In this document: positions 18,992 to 27,629 of the stretch, piece by piece
Numbering within the stretch: position 1 is the stretch's first letter
Layout: the number at the start of each line of letters is the position of its first letter
Assembly (NCBI GenBank): GCA_044359285.1
Contig: JBIKMI010000001.1
Span: forward strand, 1-42,038
From: Kiritimatiellia bacterium
GTDB taxonomy: Bacteria > Verrucomicrobiota > Kiritimatiellia > CAIKKV01 > CAITUY01
DNA: 42,038 bases
Direction of reading: 5' to 3'
Position numbers and translations under genes: made by a program
The notes under the pieces: generated by a model
The model's database searches: none
Told to the model about the DNA's origin: nothing
What the model saw: the letters and a program-made list of their open reading frames with translations, nothing else

Positions 18992-19094
18992 GTTATTCGC
19001 TCCCAATAAGTTGCAGTCAATCATCACCAGCATCCGCCAGCACAAACTTGCGGGACTATAGAAAACAGCAGGTAAAGGAGCAAGCAAAGCCTTT

Positions 19095-19142
19095 GGGTGG
19101 CTCTGCGATTATGTTGCGCGCAACATAATCGCAGAGCCACCC
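19095..19142. repeat. Perfect 48-bp palindrome (24-bp arms, no spacer)
   Basis: GGGTGGCTCTGCGATTATGTTGCG/CGCAACATAATCGCAGAGCCACCC. I checked by eye that the second arm is the exact reverse complement of the first. Intergenic, about 100 bp upstream of the acyl-CoA dehydrogenase start. Confidence 0.95.
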
Positions 19143-19229
19143 TTATGGGGCTGCTATCAGCAATTCCCTGATGCAAAATCAGGGATTCCCCGATTGTTTT
19201 AATTTCTGAAATATCGGATTTTGTCGACC

Positions 19230-19463
19230 ATGAAAGCCAAGAAATTAACTATCGCAGCGGGAACCGCCCTGCTCGTGCTCGCCACCCGGACCGTGGAAGC
19301 CGCCCAGGGATTCGGTTCAAGCCAATCCATTACCATTATCGACACTTTCCGCGAGACACACCCCGTCCTGATGAGCATCTTCAATCTCGGGTGGATCTTT
19401 CTCCTGATCGTTGTCTGCGTCTCATTTTTTTCGATGCTCACCAGAAATTCAAACGGGAAATAG
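19230..19463 (+). CDS. Small (77 aa) hypothetical protein with a signal peptide and a C-terminal TM helix
   Basis: MKAKKLTIAAGTALLVLATRTVEAAQG... followed by LGWIFLLIVVCVSFFSML. It is the only plus-strand ORF in a long minus-strand block and sits in a locally low-GC stretch. No family recognised. Confidence 0.4.
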   Translation: MKAKKLTIAAGTALLVLATRTVEAAQGFGSSQSITIIDTFRETHPVLMSIFNLGWIFLLIVVCVSFFSMLTRNSNGK

Positions 19464-19474
19464 CGGCCTCGCCT

Positions 19475-22084
19475 CTATTCCACCTGAATGTCCAATTCGC
19501 CCTTCTTGACCCCGACCTTCACCGCCTGACCGCCCTTGATGGTTCCCGCCACAACCAGCCGGGCCACCGGGGTCTCCACGCGCGTTTGAATCAACCGCTT
19601 CAACGGGCGTGCCCCGTAGACCGGACTATACCCTTCCCGCGCCAATATCTCCCGGGCCCCATCGGCCACCTTCAGCTCTATCCGCTGCTCCCCGAGCCGC
19701 GCCCGCAATTCACCCATCTGCAGATCCACAATCCGCCCGATCTCTTCGAGCGTCAGCGGCTTGAACAGCACCACATCGTCCAGTCGATTAAGGAATTCAG
19801 GACGGAAACTCTGCCGCAACTCATCCATCACCTCTCGCCGGGCCTCTTCCTTGATCTGACCATCTGCCCCGATCCCCTCCAGCAGGCGGGGTGACCCGAT
19901 ATTGCTGGTCATGATGACAATCGTATTTTTAAAGTTCACCGTCCGCCCATGGGAATCCGTCAACCGCCCATCATCCAGGATCTGCAGCAGGATATTGAAG
20001 ACATCATGATGCGCCTTCTCAATTTCATCCAACAGGATCACCGCATAGGGCTTACGCCGCACCGCCTCGGTTAACTGCCCGCCTTCCTCATACCCGACAT
20101 ACCCCGGGGGCGCACCGACCAGTCGCGAGACCGTATGCTTCTCCATGTATTCACTCATATCGATCCGGACCAGATGGTCCTCCGAGTCAAACAGCGTACT
20201 GGCCAGCACCTTTGCTAATTCGGTTTTCCCCACCCCTGTCGGCCCCAGAAACAGGAACGCCCCCACCGGCCGCTTAGGGTTCTTGATCCCCGCCCGCGCC
20301 CGCAAAACGGCATCGGCCACCACCCGGACCGCCTCATCCTGTCCAATGACATTTTCATGCAACACGTCGCCCAGCTTCAACAGCTTTTCCCGGTCGCCCT
20401 GCAGCAGTTTCGTCAGGGGCACGCCCGACCAGCGCGACACCACCTCCGCAATCTCCTCCTCGGTGACTTCCTCCCGCAACAAGGAGCGACTTCCTTCGCT
20501 CCCGCCCGCCGTCTTCTGAAGCGCCGCCAGCTTTTTTTCAAGTTCCGGAATGACGCCATGCCGTAATTTGGCCAACCGGTCGAGGTCATATTTGCGTTCC
20601 GCCTCTTCGCTTTCACGCCGCACCTTTTCGAGCTCTTCGCGGACAGCCTGCACCCCGGCGATCGCACTTTTTTCATTGGTCCATTGCGCCCGCATGGTAT
20701 CGGAAGCGGTTTTGAGATTGGCCAACTCCTTGCGCAGCCCCTTCAAGCGCTCTTTACTGCCTTCATCCTTTTCCTTCTTGAGCGCGGTTTCCTCGATTTC
20801 CAGCCGCATCACCTTGCGGGTAATCTCGTCGAGTTCCGCCGGCATGGAGTCAATCTCCGTGCGGATGGAGGCACAGGCCTCATCCATCAGGTCAATCGCC
20901 TTGTCCGGCAGGAACCGGTCGCTGATATAGCGATCCGAAAGCACGGCGGACGCCACGAGCGCCGAATCCTTGATCTGGACCCCATGATGAACCTCAAAGC
21001 GCTCTTTAAGCCCCCGCAGAATGGAAAGCGTGTCTTCCACCGACGGCGCTTCCACCAGTACCGGCTGGAAACGGCGCTCCAGCGCAGCATCCTTCTCGAT
21101 ATATTTCCGGTATTCATCCAAGGTCGTGGCCCCGATACAATGCAACTCGCCGCGCGCCAGCATGGGTTTGAGCATATTCCCCGCATCCGTCGACCCTTCC
21201 GTCCGGCCCGCCCCCACGATGGTGTGCACCTCGTCAATGAACAGGATAATCCGACCTTCTGCCGCCTTGATCTCGGTCAGCACCGCCTTGAGCCGCTCCT
21301 CAAACTCGCCCCGGTATTTGGCCCCCGCCATCAGCGCCGTCATGTCCAGAGCGAAAATCGTGCGCTCCTTCAGCCCCTCCGGCACATCCCCGCGCAGGAT
21401 CCGGTGTGCCAACCCTTCAACAATAGCGGTTTTCCCCACCCCGGGCTCCCCGATCAGGACGGGATTGTTTTTGGTCTTCCGCGACAGGATCCGGATGACA
21501 CTGCGGATTTCCATGTCCCGCCCGATGACGGGATCCAACTTGCCCTGCCGCGCCATCGCCACCAGGTCCACCCCATATTTCTCCAAGGCTTCATAGGCCC
21601 CCTCCGGGGTGGTACTGGTCACCCGCTGATTACCCCGCACGGCGGTCAATGCCTCCAGGAAGCGGGCGCGATCCACCCCTGACTGCGCCAGGATTTTGCC
21701 GGAGGATGTCCCTTTGCCCTCCTCCAGAAAGGCCAGCAACAGATGCTCCACCGAGATGAACTCATCTTTTAACCGCTTGGCCTCGTCACCCGCCTTGACC
21801 AGCAATTGATTCAGCCGCTGTGTCACATAGACCTTGCCGGCCTCCGTCGCCGCTCCCTTCACCTTGGGCATGCGGTCTAAAGCCGCTTCCAGTCGCGCGC
21901 GGAGTTCAGCAGCACGTACTCCCAGCCTCTCCATTAATTTTGGAGCCAGACCGTCCTCCTGCTCCAATAAACTCAGCAACACATGCTCGCCATCCAATTC
22001 CTGATGGCTGTACCGCACGGCTTTCTCCTGCGCCACCTGCATCGCTTCCTGCGCCTTTTGTGTCAATTTACTCAAGTCAAACAT
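19475..22084 (-). CDS. clpB: ATP-dependent chaperone ClpB
   Basis: Two AAA+ modules ([23 protein letters not shown]; [25 protein letters not shown]) separated by a long coiled-coil M-domain. The ATG at 22084 ([14 protein letters not shown]) is preceded by GAGGAGG. Confidence 0.95.
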   Translation of the reverse strand: MFDLSKLTQKAQEAMQVAQEKAVRYSHQELDGEHVLLSLLEQEDGLAPKLMERLGVRAAELRARLEAALDRMPKVKGAATEAGKVYVTQRLNQLLVKAGDEAKRLKDEFISVEHLLLAFLEEGKGTSSGKILAQSGVDRARFLEALTAVRGNQRVTSTTPEGAYEALEKYGVDLVAMARQGKLDPVIGRDMEIRSVIRILSRKTKNNPVLIGEPGVGKTAIVEGLAHRILRGDVPEGLKERTIFALDMTALMAGAKYRGEFEERLKAVLTEIKAAEGRIILFIDEVHTIVGAGRTEGSTDAGNMLKPMLARGELHCIGATTLDEYRKYIEKDAALERRFQPVLVEAPSVEDTLSILRGLKERFEVHHGVQIKDSALVASAVLSDRYISDRFLPDKAIDLMDEACASIRTEIDSMPAELDEITRKVMRLEIEETALKKEKDEGSKERLKGLRKELANLKTASDTMRAQWTNEKSAIAGVQAVREELEKVRRESEEAERKYDLDRLAKLRHGVIPELEKKLAALQKTAGGSEGSRSLLREEVTEEEIAEVVSRWSGVPLTKLLQGDREKLLKLGDVLHENVIGQDEAVRVVADAVLRARAGIKNPKRPVGAFLFLGPTGVGKTELAKVLASTLFDSEDHLVRIDMSEYMEKHTVSRLVGAPPGYVGYEEGGQLTEAVRRKPYAVILLDEIEKAHHDVFNILLQILDDGRLTDSHGRTVNFKNTIVIMTSNIGSPRLLEGIGADGQIKEEARREVMDELRQSFRPEFLNRLDDVVLFKPLTLEEIGRIVDLQMGELRARLGEQRIELKVADGAREILAREGYSPVYGARPLKRLIQTRVETPVARLVVAGTIKGGQAVKVGVKKGELDIQVE

Positions 22085-22265
22085 CGCTCGCCTCCTCTCA
22101 ATCGGGTCACTCCCCTTATTGAATAGCACTAGCTGTACCAAACACGTCACATATCATAATAATATTCATAATACATTTATATTCAATGTGTTATGAGTAT
22201 ATATACAAACCAATGATCGGCAGGAAGAGAGACATTATGACGCATGCGAGCAAGGAGTGACGACA
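22085..22265 (-). promoter_or_regulatory. AT-rich intergenic island upstream of clpB, presumed promoter or operator region
   Basis: The stretch from about 22140 to 22215 is strongly AT-rich within a high-GC window. It contains the inverted 8-mers ATTGAATA (22128-22135) and TATTCAAT (22179-22186). No clean CIRCE or sigma-32 consensus was found. Confidence 0.35.
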
Positions 22266-23615
22266 TTATGTACGCTTTACCGCGCAACATCGTGCATCGA
22301 GTTTATTATTAGCCCTGAATTGTTCACACAGTCGCACATACACCCCGGTCATTTTTCCGGCAATGACTTCAATGTCAAAATGCTGACGGACAGCGGTTGC
22401 CCCCGCCTGGCTCATCCGGCGCCACCGGGCTTCATCCGTCAGCAGCGACTCAAGTTCCCGGACCAGCGCATCCGGATCAGCCGGATCATAACACACGCCT
22501 CCTCCGGTCATCCCGATCAACTCCGGCGAGGCACCCAGGCGCGGCTGAACCACCGGCACCCCGCTGGCCATGGCTTCCAGCATGAACATTCCGAACGCCT
22601 CGGGTTTTGACATCGGCACCGCCAGCACCGTCAGTGACTGCAAGAACTCCCGCTTGGTCTTCCGGTCGAAGGCCGGACAGAATTCAACCTCAGCCAGCCA
22701 TTCAGCCGCCCCCAGCTTCTGCTTGAGTCCGGCCAGAAATCCATCATCCTCCGGAGTCTTCCCGCCCATGATTTTCAGTGTCACCCGTCCCGCCAACCCC
22801 CGCTTCCGGATCGCGATGAAGGCATCCACCAGCGTCCCCAGTCCGAGGGAGGCCGACATCCGCGAAAGGTAGCCGATCACAGGCTTTCCGGGAACCCACT
22901 TCGCCTCGCCGTAGGACTCTGCGGTGACCCCGATCGGGATGACATGAAACAGGTCGGCGGGAATGCCTTTCAACCGGTCCTGCATTACCCGGCTGTAATA
23001 CTGGCTGACCGGGAAAAAGGCGGCGATATCACGCGCCTTCTCCGACATCAGTGCCCAGGCTTGCCGGGCCGCTTCCGGATTCATGGCATCAATCCAGGAA
23101 TCCTCATCCTGCAGGGTGCAGACCACGGGAACCCCCACTTCCCGGCGGAGCCGGCCGGCCAGCCCGAGCAGGAGCGCGTTGGACAAGTGAACCAGATCCG
23201 GCTTCTCATGGAGAACCAGCCAGGAAACGAGGCGATCCAACTCCTCTTTCTGTCCGCCTTCCTCCCCTTTCAATACCGACAGGGTCATCTCCTCCAGACC
23301 ACGGGCGTGGGTGGTGCCCGCCCGTCTGGAAACCCAGGTCAGAAGCCGGCGCGAATCCAGCCGGCTCCGCAGCCAACGGGGAAGCCGCCTGAAAGCGGGC
23401 AGCATCTGGGCCAGATAAACCCCCACGGCTCCATAAAAAATCGGCACCTGTGGGGCCCCCATATCCTCCCCTTCCGTCAGCAGGGGAAGATACATCGGCA
23501 CCAACGTCACCTCATGCCCCTGGGCCCGCAAGGCCATGACAAGCTCCTTGTCACGCATGCAGTTCTGACAATAGAAGACGTCACCGGTTCCCGGGATGAT
23601 ATGCACAATTTTCAT
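22266..23615 (-). CDS. Glycosyltransferase family 4 (GT-B fold)
   Basis: MKIVHIIPGTGDVFYCQNCMRDKELVMALRAQGHEVTLV...; C-terminal GT1 domain with the EAFGMFMLEAMASGVPVV motif. The ATG at 23615 overlaps the upstream stop as ATGA. Confidence 0.8.
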   Translation of the reverse strand: MKIVHIIPGTGDVFYCQNCMRDKELVMALRAQGHEVTLVPMYLPLLTEGEDMGAPQVPIFYGAVGVYLAQMLPAFRRLPRWLRSRLDSRRLLTWVSRRAGTTHARGLEEMTLSVLKGEEGGQKEELDRLVSWLVLHEKPDLVHLSNALLLGLAGRLRREVGVPVVCTLQDEDSWIDAMNPEAARQAWALMSEKARDIAAFFPVSQYYSRVMQDRLKGIPADLFHVIPIGVTAESYGEAKWVPGKPVIGYLSRMSASLGLGTLVDAFIAIRKRGLAGRVTLKIMGGKTPEDDGFLAGLKQKLGAAEWLAEVEFCPAFDRKTKREFLQSLTVLAVPMSKPEAFGMFMLEAMASGVPVVQPRLGASPELIGMTGGGVCYDPADPDALVRELESLLTDEARWRRMSQAGATAVRQHFDIEVIAGKMTGVYVRLCEQFRANNKLDARCCAVKRT

Positions 23616-25198
23616 GGCTTTGCGTGCTCCCATGCGAGGGCGCCGGTCGGACAGTGACGGATACACTCCCCGGCCTTTTCGCCCATGCCAGCCGCCAGGG
23701 TGGCATTGAAGGGAGCCGCCATCACGGTGCCAAAGCCACGACCGGTAAAAGCAAGGCCAAGCCCGTCTTCAGCCGTCGCCGCGATACGAACACAGATCCC
23801 GCATTTGATGCACTTCCCCGCCTCATAGACCACCCGATCCCCGCAGGCGCTCCCCGCCACGGGAGTCGATACCGCCACACTGACCGTCAGTCGTCCATCC
23901 GTTTTCAAGGAGCTATGGTCTACATTATATTCGGTAGCATAATCCCGCAGGCGACAACTTTTCACCCGGCGGCAGTCACAGTGCAGACACCTCCGCCCTT
24001 CCTGTGCCGCTGCCTCGGGCACGATCAGGCTGGCCGGAGCCCGCGGCGCCGCAAGTCGTGGCGCGGGCTCCGCATCCCGGACACATTCAGCCAGTTCGGT
24101 ATCGCGTAACCGGCCCAGGCGCGATTGGAATGACCCGGCTTCACCTGTCACCGGGACGCCACTCAGAAACTGATTGATCGCGCACGCCATACTCCGGCCA
24201 TGCGCCATGGCCCGCACCGCCAGCTTTCCCGCATGCACCGCCTCGCCTCCGGCAAATATCATCGGATCCGAGGAACGGAACGTCCCGCCCGCCACGGTGA
24301 GCCCGCGTTCGGTGGCGACAAGCCCCCAGGCGGATAACGCCCCGGAACCCCTGCCCGGCGCGAGCACCACCGCATCATAGGCCGTCCGCAACCGATCCAA
24401 TCCGGCGCCCGGCTCAATCCGGGTGTTCATCTTGAATTCCACCCCGAGCCGGCGGATCACCTCCACATCACGTTCCAACACTTCAGGCGGCAAGGCGGTC
24501 GCCGGGACCTGGTAACGCAGTGCCCCGCCCGGCGCGGCTTGTTCATCAAAGATCGTACAGCCATGACCCGCCTTGGCCAGATAATAGGCCGCCGCCAGAC
24601 CGGCCGGACCGGCGCCGACGATCGCCACCCGCCGACCGGAGCCTGCCACTGCCGGCGTATCGGCCACCCCTGCAGCCCCGGCGGCGACACACCGTTCCAT
24701 CACACAAATGGATACCGGCGCATCATGCCGGCCCCGGCGACACCCCTTTTCGCACGGGGCGGGACAGATGTGCCCCACCACCCCGGGCAGGGCAATCGCC
24801 TCCCGGACCGTCACCAGTGCCTCCTGAATCCGGCCCTCCGCGATCTGACGCAGCATCACGGGAATCTCCATGCGGGCCGGACACGTCATCTGGCAGGGCG
24901 CCTCGCAGTCCCCGGCATGCTCACCCATCAGCAATTCCAACACCCGCTTGCGGTGCAACCGGACCTCAGCAGAATCCGTCTCCACCACCATCCCCTCAAC
25001 GGCAGGCGTACTACAGGCCGGCAACAACCGGCCGGTCGTCATATCCTTGACGGCACAGATCATGCAAGAGGTAAAGGGCTCCAACCCCTGAAGATGACAG
25101 AGCGTCGGAATACCGATCCCCGCATTACCCGCGGCCTCCAGAAGTGTTGCCCCTTCCCGGACCTCCACCACACGTCCGTTCAGCGTCACACGCGGCAT
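23612..25198 (-). CDS. 2Fe-2S ferredoxin domain fused to a GltD/NfnB-like NAD(P)H-dependent FAD oxidoreductase with C-terminal Fe-S motifs
   Basis: N-terminus MPRVTLNGRVVEVREGATLLEAAGNAGIGIPTLCHL...CMIC. GltD-type Cys clusters (CEAPCQMTCP, CPAPCEKGC). Dinucleotide fold RRVAIVGAGPAGLAAAYYLAKAGHGCTIFDEQAAPGG. C-terminal CIKCGICVRI...CIRHCP. The ATG at 25198 overlaps the upstream gene by 13 nt. Confidence 0.75.
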   Translation of the reverse strand: MPRVTLNGRVVEVREGATLLEAAGNAGIGIPTLCHLQGLEPFTSCMICAVKDMTTGRLLPACSTPAVEGMVVETDSAEVRLHRKRVLELLMGEHAGDCEAPCQMTCPARMEIPVMLRQIAEGRIQEALVTVREAIALPGVVGHICPAPCEKGCRRGRHDAPVSICVMERCVAAGAAGVADTPAVAGSGRRVAIVGAGPAGLAAAYYLAKAGHGCTIFDEQAAPGGALRYQVPATALPPEVLERDVEVIRRLGVEFKMNTRIEPGAGLDRLRTAYDAVVLAPGRGSGALSAWGLVATERGLTVAGGTFRSSDPMIFAGGEAVHAGKLAVRAMAHGRSMACAINQFLSGVPVTGEAGSFQSRLGRLRDTELAECVRDAEPAPRLAAPRAPASLIVPEAAAQEGRRCLHCDCRRVKSCRLRDYATEYNVDHSSLKTDGRLTVSVAVSTPVAGSACGDRVVYEAGKCIKCGICVRIAATAEDGLGLAFTGRGFGTVMAAPFNATLAAGMGEKAGECIRHCPTGALAWEHAKP

Positions 25199-27567
25199 GG
25201 GGTGCCCTCCTTCAGCCTGCCCGGGGAACTCAGGTCGACGGCCTCCGCCGGGCACACCTGGCGGCAGGCATCGCATCTTGTACACCGGTTCTGATCGACC
25301 ACATGCTTCCGGTAAGGATCCAGTGCAATGGCCTCCACCGGACACACCTGGGCGCACTTGGTACACCCGATGCATTTGTCATTGATGGTGTAAGAAACAA
25401 GTGACCGGCATTTCAAGGCGGGGCAGCGCCCCTCCAGATGGGCCTCGTACTCGGCCCGGAAGTGGCGGAGCGTCGACAGGACGGGATTGGGGGCGGTCCG
25501 CCCCAGGCCACACAAACTTCCCCTCTTCGCGGTTTGGCCCAGTCCTTCCAGCCGCTCCAGATCGCCCTGTACCCCGCGCCCCGCGCACAGGCGGTCCAGA
25601 ATATCCAGCATGCGTTTGGTGCCGACACGGCAGGGGGTGCACTTGCCGCAGGATTCCTGCCGGGTGAACGACATGAAATAGCGCGCCAGATCAACCATGC
25701 AGTCGGCCTGATCCAGCACCACCAGACCGCCCGAGCCCATGATACATCCCACGGCATCGAGTGACTCATACGTGACCGGCGTGTCCCCCAGCGTGGCGGG
25801 CAGGCAGCCCCCTGATGGCCCCCCGATCTGGACCGCCTTCCAGCCCCGGCGATCCGGTGTGCCTCCGCCGATCTCCTCGACAACATCCCGCACGGTGATC
25901 CCCATGGGCACTTCGATCAATCCCCCGCGGACGACCTTTCCCGTCAGGGAAAACACCTTGGTTCCCTTGCTCGCCCCGCTTCCCAGCGCCGCAAACTTAT
26001 CCGGCCCGTTCCGTAAGATCCAGGGAATCAGCGCCAGGGTTTCAACATTATTGATGGCGGTGGGCTTGTTCCACAATCCGCATTCGGCTGGAAACGGGGG
26101 CCGGGCACGGGGCATGGCGCGCCGGCCTTCGATGGACGCCAGCAACGCGGTCTCCTCGCCGCTGACAAACGCGCCCGCGCCTTCCACGATCTTCACCGAA
26201 AAATCGAATGGCGTTCCCAGGATCGCCTTGCCCAGCAGGCCGCCGGCCTCCATGCGGACCAGGGCCTCGCGGATCCGTTTCAGGGCCAGCGGATACTCGG
26301 CGCGGATGTAGAGATATCCTTCATGGATCCCCATGGCGTAGGCGGCCAGCACCATCCCCTCCAGCACGCGATAGGGAAATGATTCCAACAGCATCCGGTC
26401 CATAAACGCGCCGGGATCGCCCTCATCGCCATTGCACACCAGGTATTTTGGGCTTCCCGCGGCCTTGCGTACGGCGGCCCATTTCCGGCCCGTCGGGAAG
26501 CCGGCGCCCCCGCGCCCCCGCAACCCGGATTGCAACACCCGCTCAACAATCGCCTCCGGCATCCCTTCCGCCAGACACGCTTTAAGGGCCTGCCAGCCAC
26601 CATGCGCGGCATACTCCCCGATGTCGAGGGGATCCATATCGCCACACCACTCACTCGCAATCCGCTGCTGCTTGCCAAGGAACGAGCAGACCGGCGCATC
26701 CCGGACATCCAAAGCAAACCGGCTGACCGGTTCCCAGACCTCATCGGTCAGCCACTGTTCCAGAATGGCGTCCAAGCCCCCTTGTAATTTCCGCATCAGG
26801 CCCCGGGGCTTGAAATGGCGACGTACAATCCGGGCGGCATCCTTGGCTTGGACCTTGGCATACGTCACAGGCTCACCCGACCCGGCCACCACCTGCACCA
26901 ACGGAGTCTGGTGGCACATCCCCACACAGCCGACCGGCTTGACGAGCGCCTCGGCGCCCAACTTCCGGACCTCCCGCTCCAGGCCACGCCGGACCTCCTG
27001 GCTTCCACCGGCAACGCAACAGGAGCCCACTCCAACGCGGATCTCGACCAGGCCGGAGCTACGACTTGCCGACTGATCCTGCACGGCGGGCACAGCCCCT
27101 TTTTTTTCAAGCTCCAGGAAATCCTCCACGGCACGCGCAACGGTCTGGGTCGTCAGGTGCCCATAGGTGACGTCATCAATCCTGATCACAGGGGCCAGGG
27201 TGCAGCAGCCCAGACAGGCGACCCGCTCAATCGTGAAAACACCCGCGGGGTCCGTGTCCTCACCCTCCCTGATCTTCAACAGCCGGACCAGGGCGGACTC
27301 GATCAGTTCGGCGCCCTTCACATGACAGGCCGTGCCGTGGCAGACGCTGATGATATGCCGGCCGACGGGCTTATGGCGGAACTGGGAATAGAAGGTGGAG
27401 ACGCCAGCCATGGTGGCGGGCGTGATATCCGTGAGTTCACAAACCCGGCGCAGGGCGGCTTCCGGCAAATAGCGGTAGCGCTGCTGCACCCGTTGGAGGA
27501 TCGGGATCACCAGCGCGGCATCACGCCCGAGCTCAGCGACAATGGAATCAACGAAGGAGAGGTCCAT
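25186..27567 (-). CDS. Fused NuoE-like (2Fe-2S) and NuoF-like (FMN/NADH, 4Fe-4S) subunit with two C-terminal ferredoxin clusters (HndA/HndC, HydC/HydB or StnA/StnB type)
   Basis: NuoE part: ILQRVQQRYRYLPEAALRRVCELTDITPATMAGVSTFYSQF...SVCHGTACHVKG. NuoF part: GLRGRGGAGFPTGRKW, YLVCNGDEGDPGAF, ESCGKCTPCR. Ferredoxin motifs CIGCTKCAQVCP and CTRCDACRQVCP. I preferred the ATG at 27567 over the GTG at 27633. Confidence 0.85.
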   Translation of the reverse strand: MDLSFVDSIVAELGRDAALVIPILQRVQQRYRYLPEAALRRVCELTDITPATMAGVSTFYSQFRHKPVGRHIISVCHGTACHVKGAELIESALVRLLKIREGEDTDPAGVFTIERVACLGCCTLAPVIRIDDVTYGHLTTQTVARAVEDFLELEKKGAVPAVQDQSASRSSGLVEIRVGVGSCCVAGGSQEVRRGLEREVRKLGAEALVKPVGCVGMCHQTPLVQVVAGSGEPVTYAKVQAKDAARIVRRHFKPRGLMRKLQGGLDAILEQWLTDEVWEPVSRFALDVRDAPVCSFLGKQQRIASEWCGDMDPLDIGEYAAHGGWQALKACLAEGMPEAIVERVLQSGLRGRGGAGFPTGRKWAAVRKAAGSPKYLVCNGDEGDPGAFMDRMLLESFPYRVLEGMVLAAYAMGIHEGYLYIRAEYPLALKRIREALVRMEAGGLLGKAILGTPFDFSVKIVEGAGAFVSGEETALLASIEGRRAMPRARPPFPAECGLWNKPTAINNVETLALIPWILRNGPDKFAALGSGASKGTKVFSLTGKVVRGGLIEVPMGITVRDVVEEIGGGTPDRRGWKAVQIGGPSGGCLPATLGDTPVTYESLDAVGCIMGSGGLVVLDQADCMVDLARYFMSFTRQESCGKCTPCRVGTKRMLDILDRLCAGRGVQGDLERLEGLGQTAKRGSLCGLGRTAPNPVLSTLRHFRAEYEAHLEGRCPALKCRSLVSYTINDKCIGCTKCAQVCPVEAIALDPYRKHVVDQNRCTRCDACRQVCPAEAVDLSSPGRLKEGTPCRV

Positions 27568-27584
27568 AGACACCCTCACCCCAG

Positions 27585-27607
27585 CCCTCTCCCCTGAAGG
27601 GAGAGGG
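27585..27607. repeat. GC-rich stem-loop (9-bp stem, 5-nt loop), REP-like intergenic element
   Basis: ccctctccc-ctgaa-gggagaggg in the 62-nt gap between the propeller gene and the NuoEF gene. Read as protein it gives PLPSGERAGVRV, the kind of spurious peptide produced by a widespread GC-rich intergenic repeat type; that comparison is from memory. Confidence 0.5.
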
Positions 27608-27629
27608 AGCAGAGTTGTGTTTGCCGCTT

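Noticed and set aside
18992-19087. N-terminal extensions of track ORFs: acyl-CoA dehydrogenase to 19087, clpB to 22150, proC to 16767, top6B to 15892, the GltD-like gene to 25375, GT4 to 23666, the anti-sigma gene to 12352, the sigma gene to 12849
   Set aside because: Internal ATGs match the conserved family N-termini, have SD-like sequences, and/or abut the upstream stop codon. The extensions overlap neighbouring genes and have atypical composition.
22100-22140. Possible CIRCE (HrcA) operator or sigma-32 promoter upstream of clpB
   Set aside because: Only a fragment (atagcactagc) resembles TTAGCACTC-N9-GAGTGCTAA, with no matching second arm. No CTTGAA/CCCCAT pair occurs at appropriate spacing.
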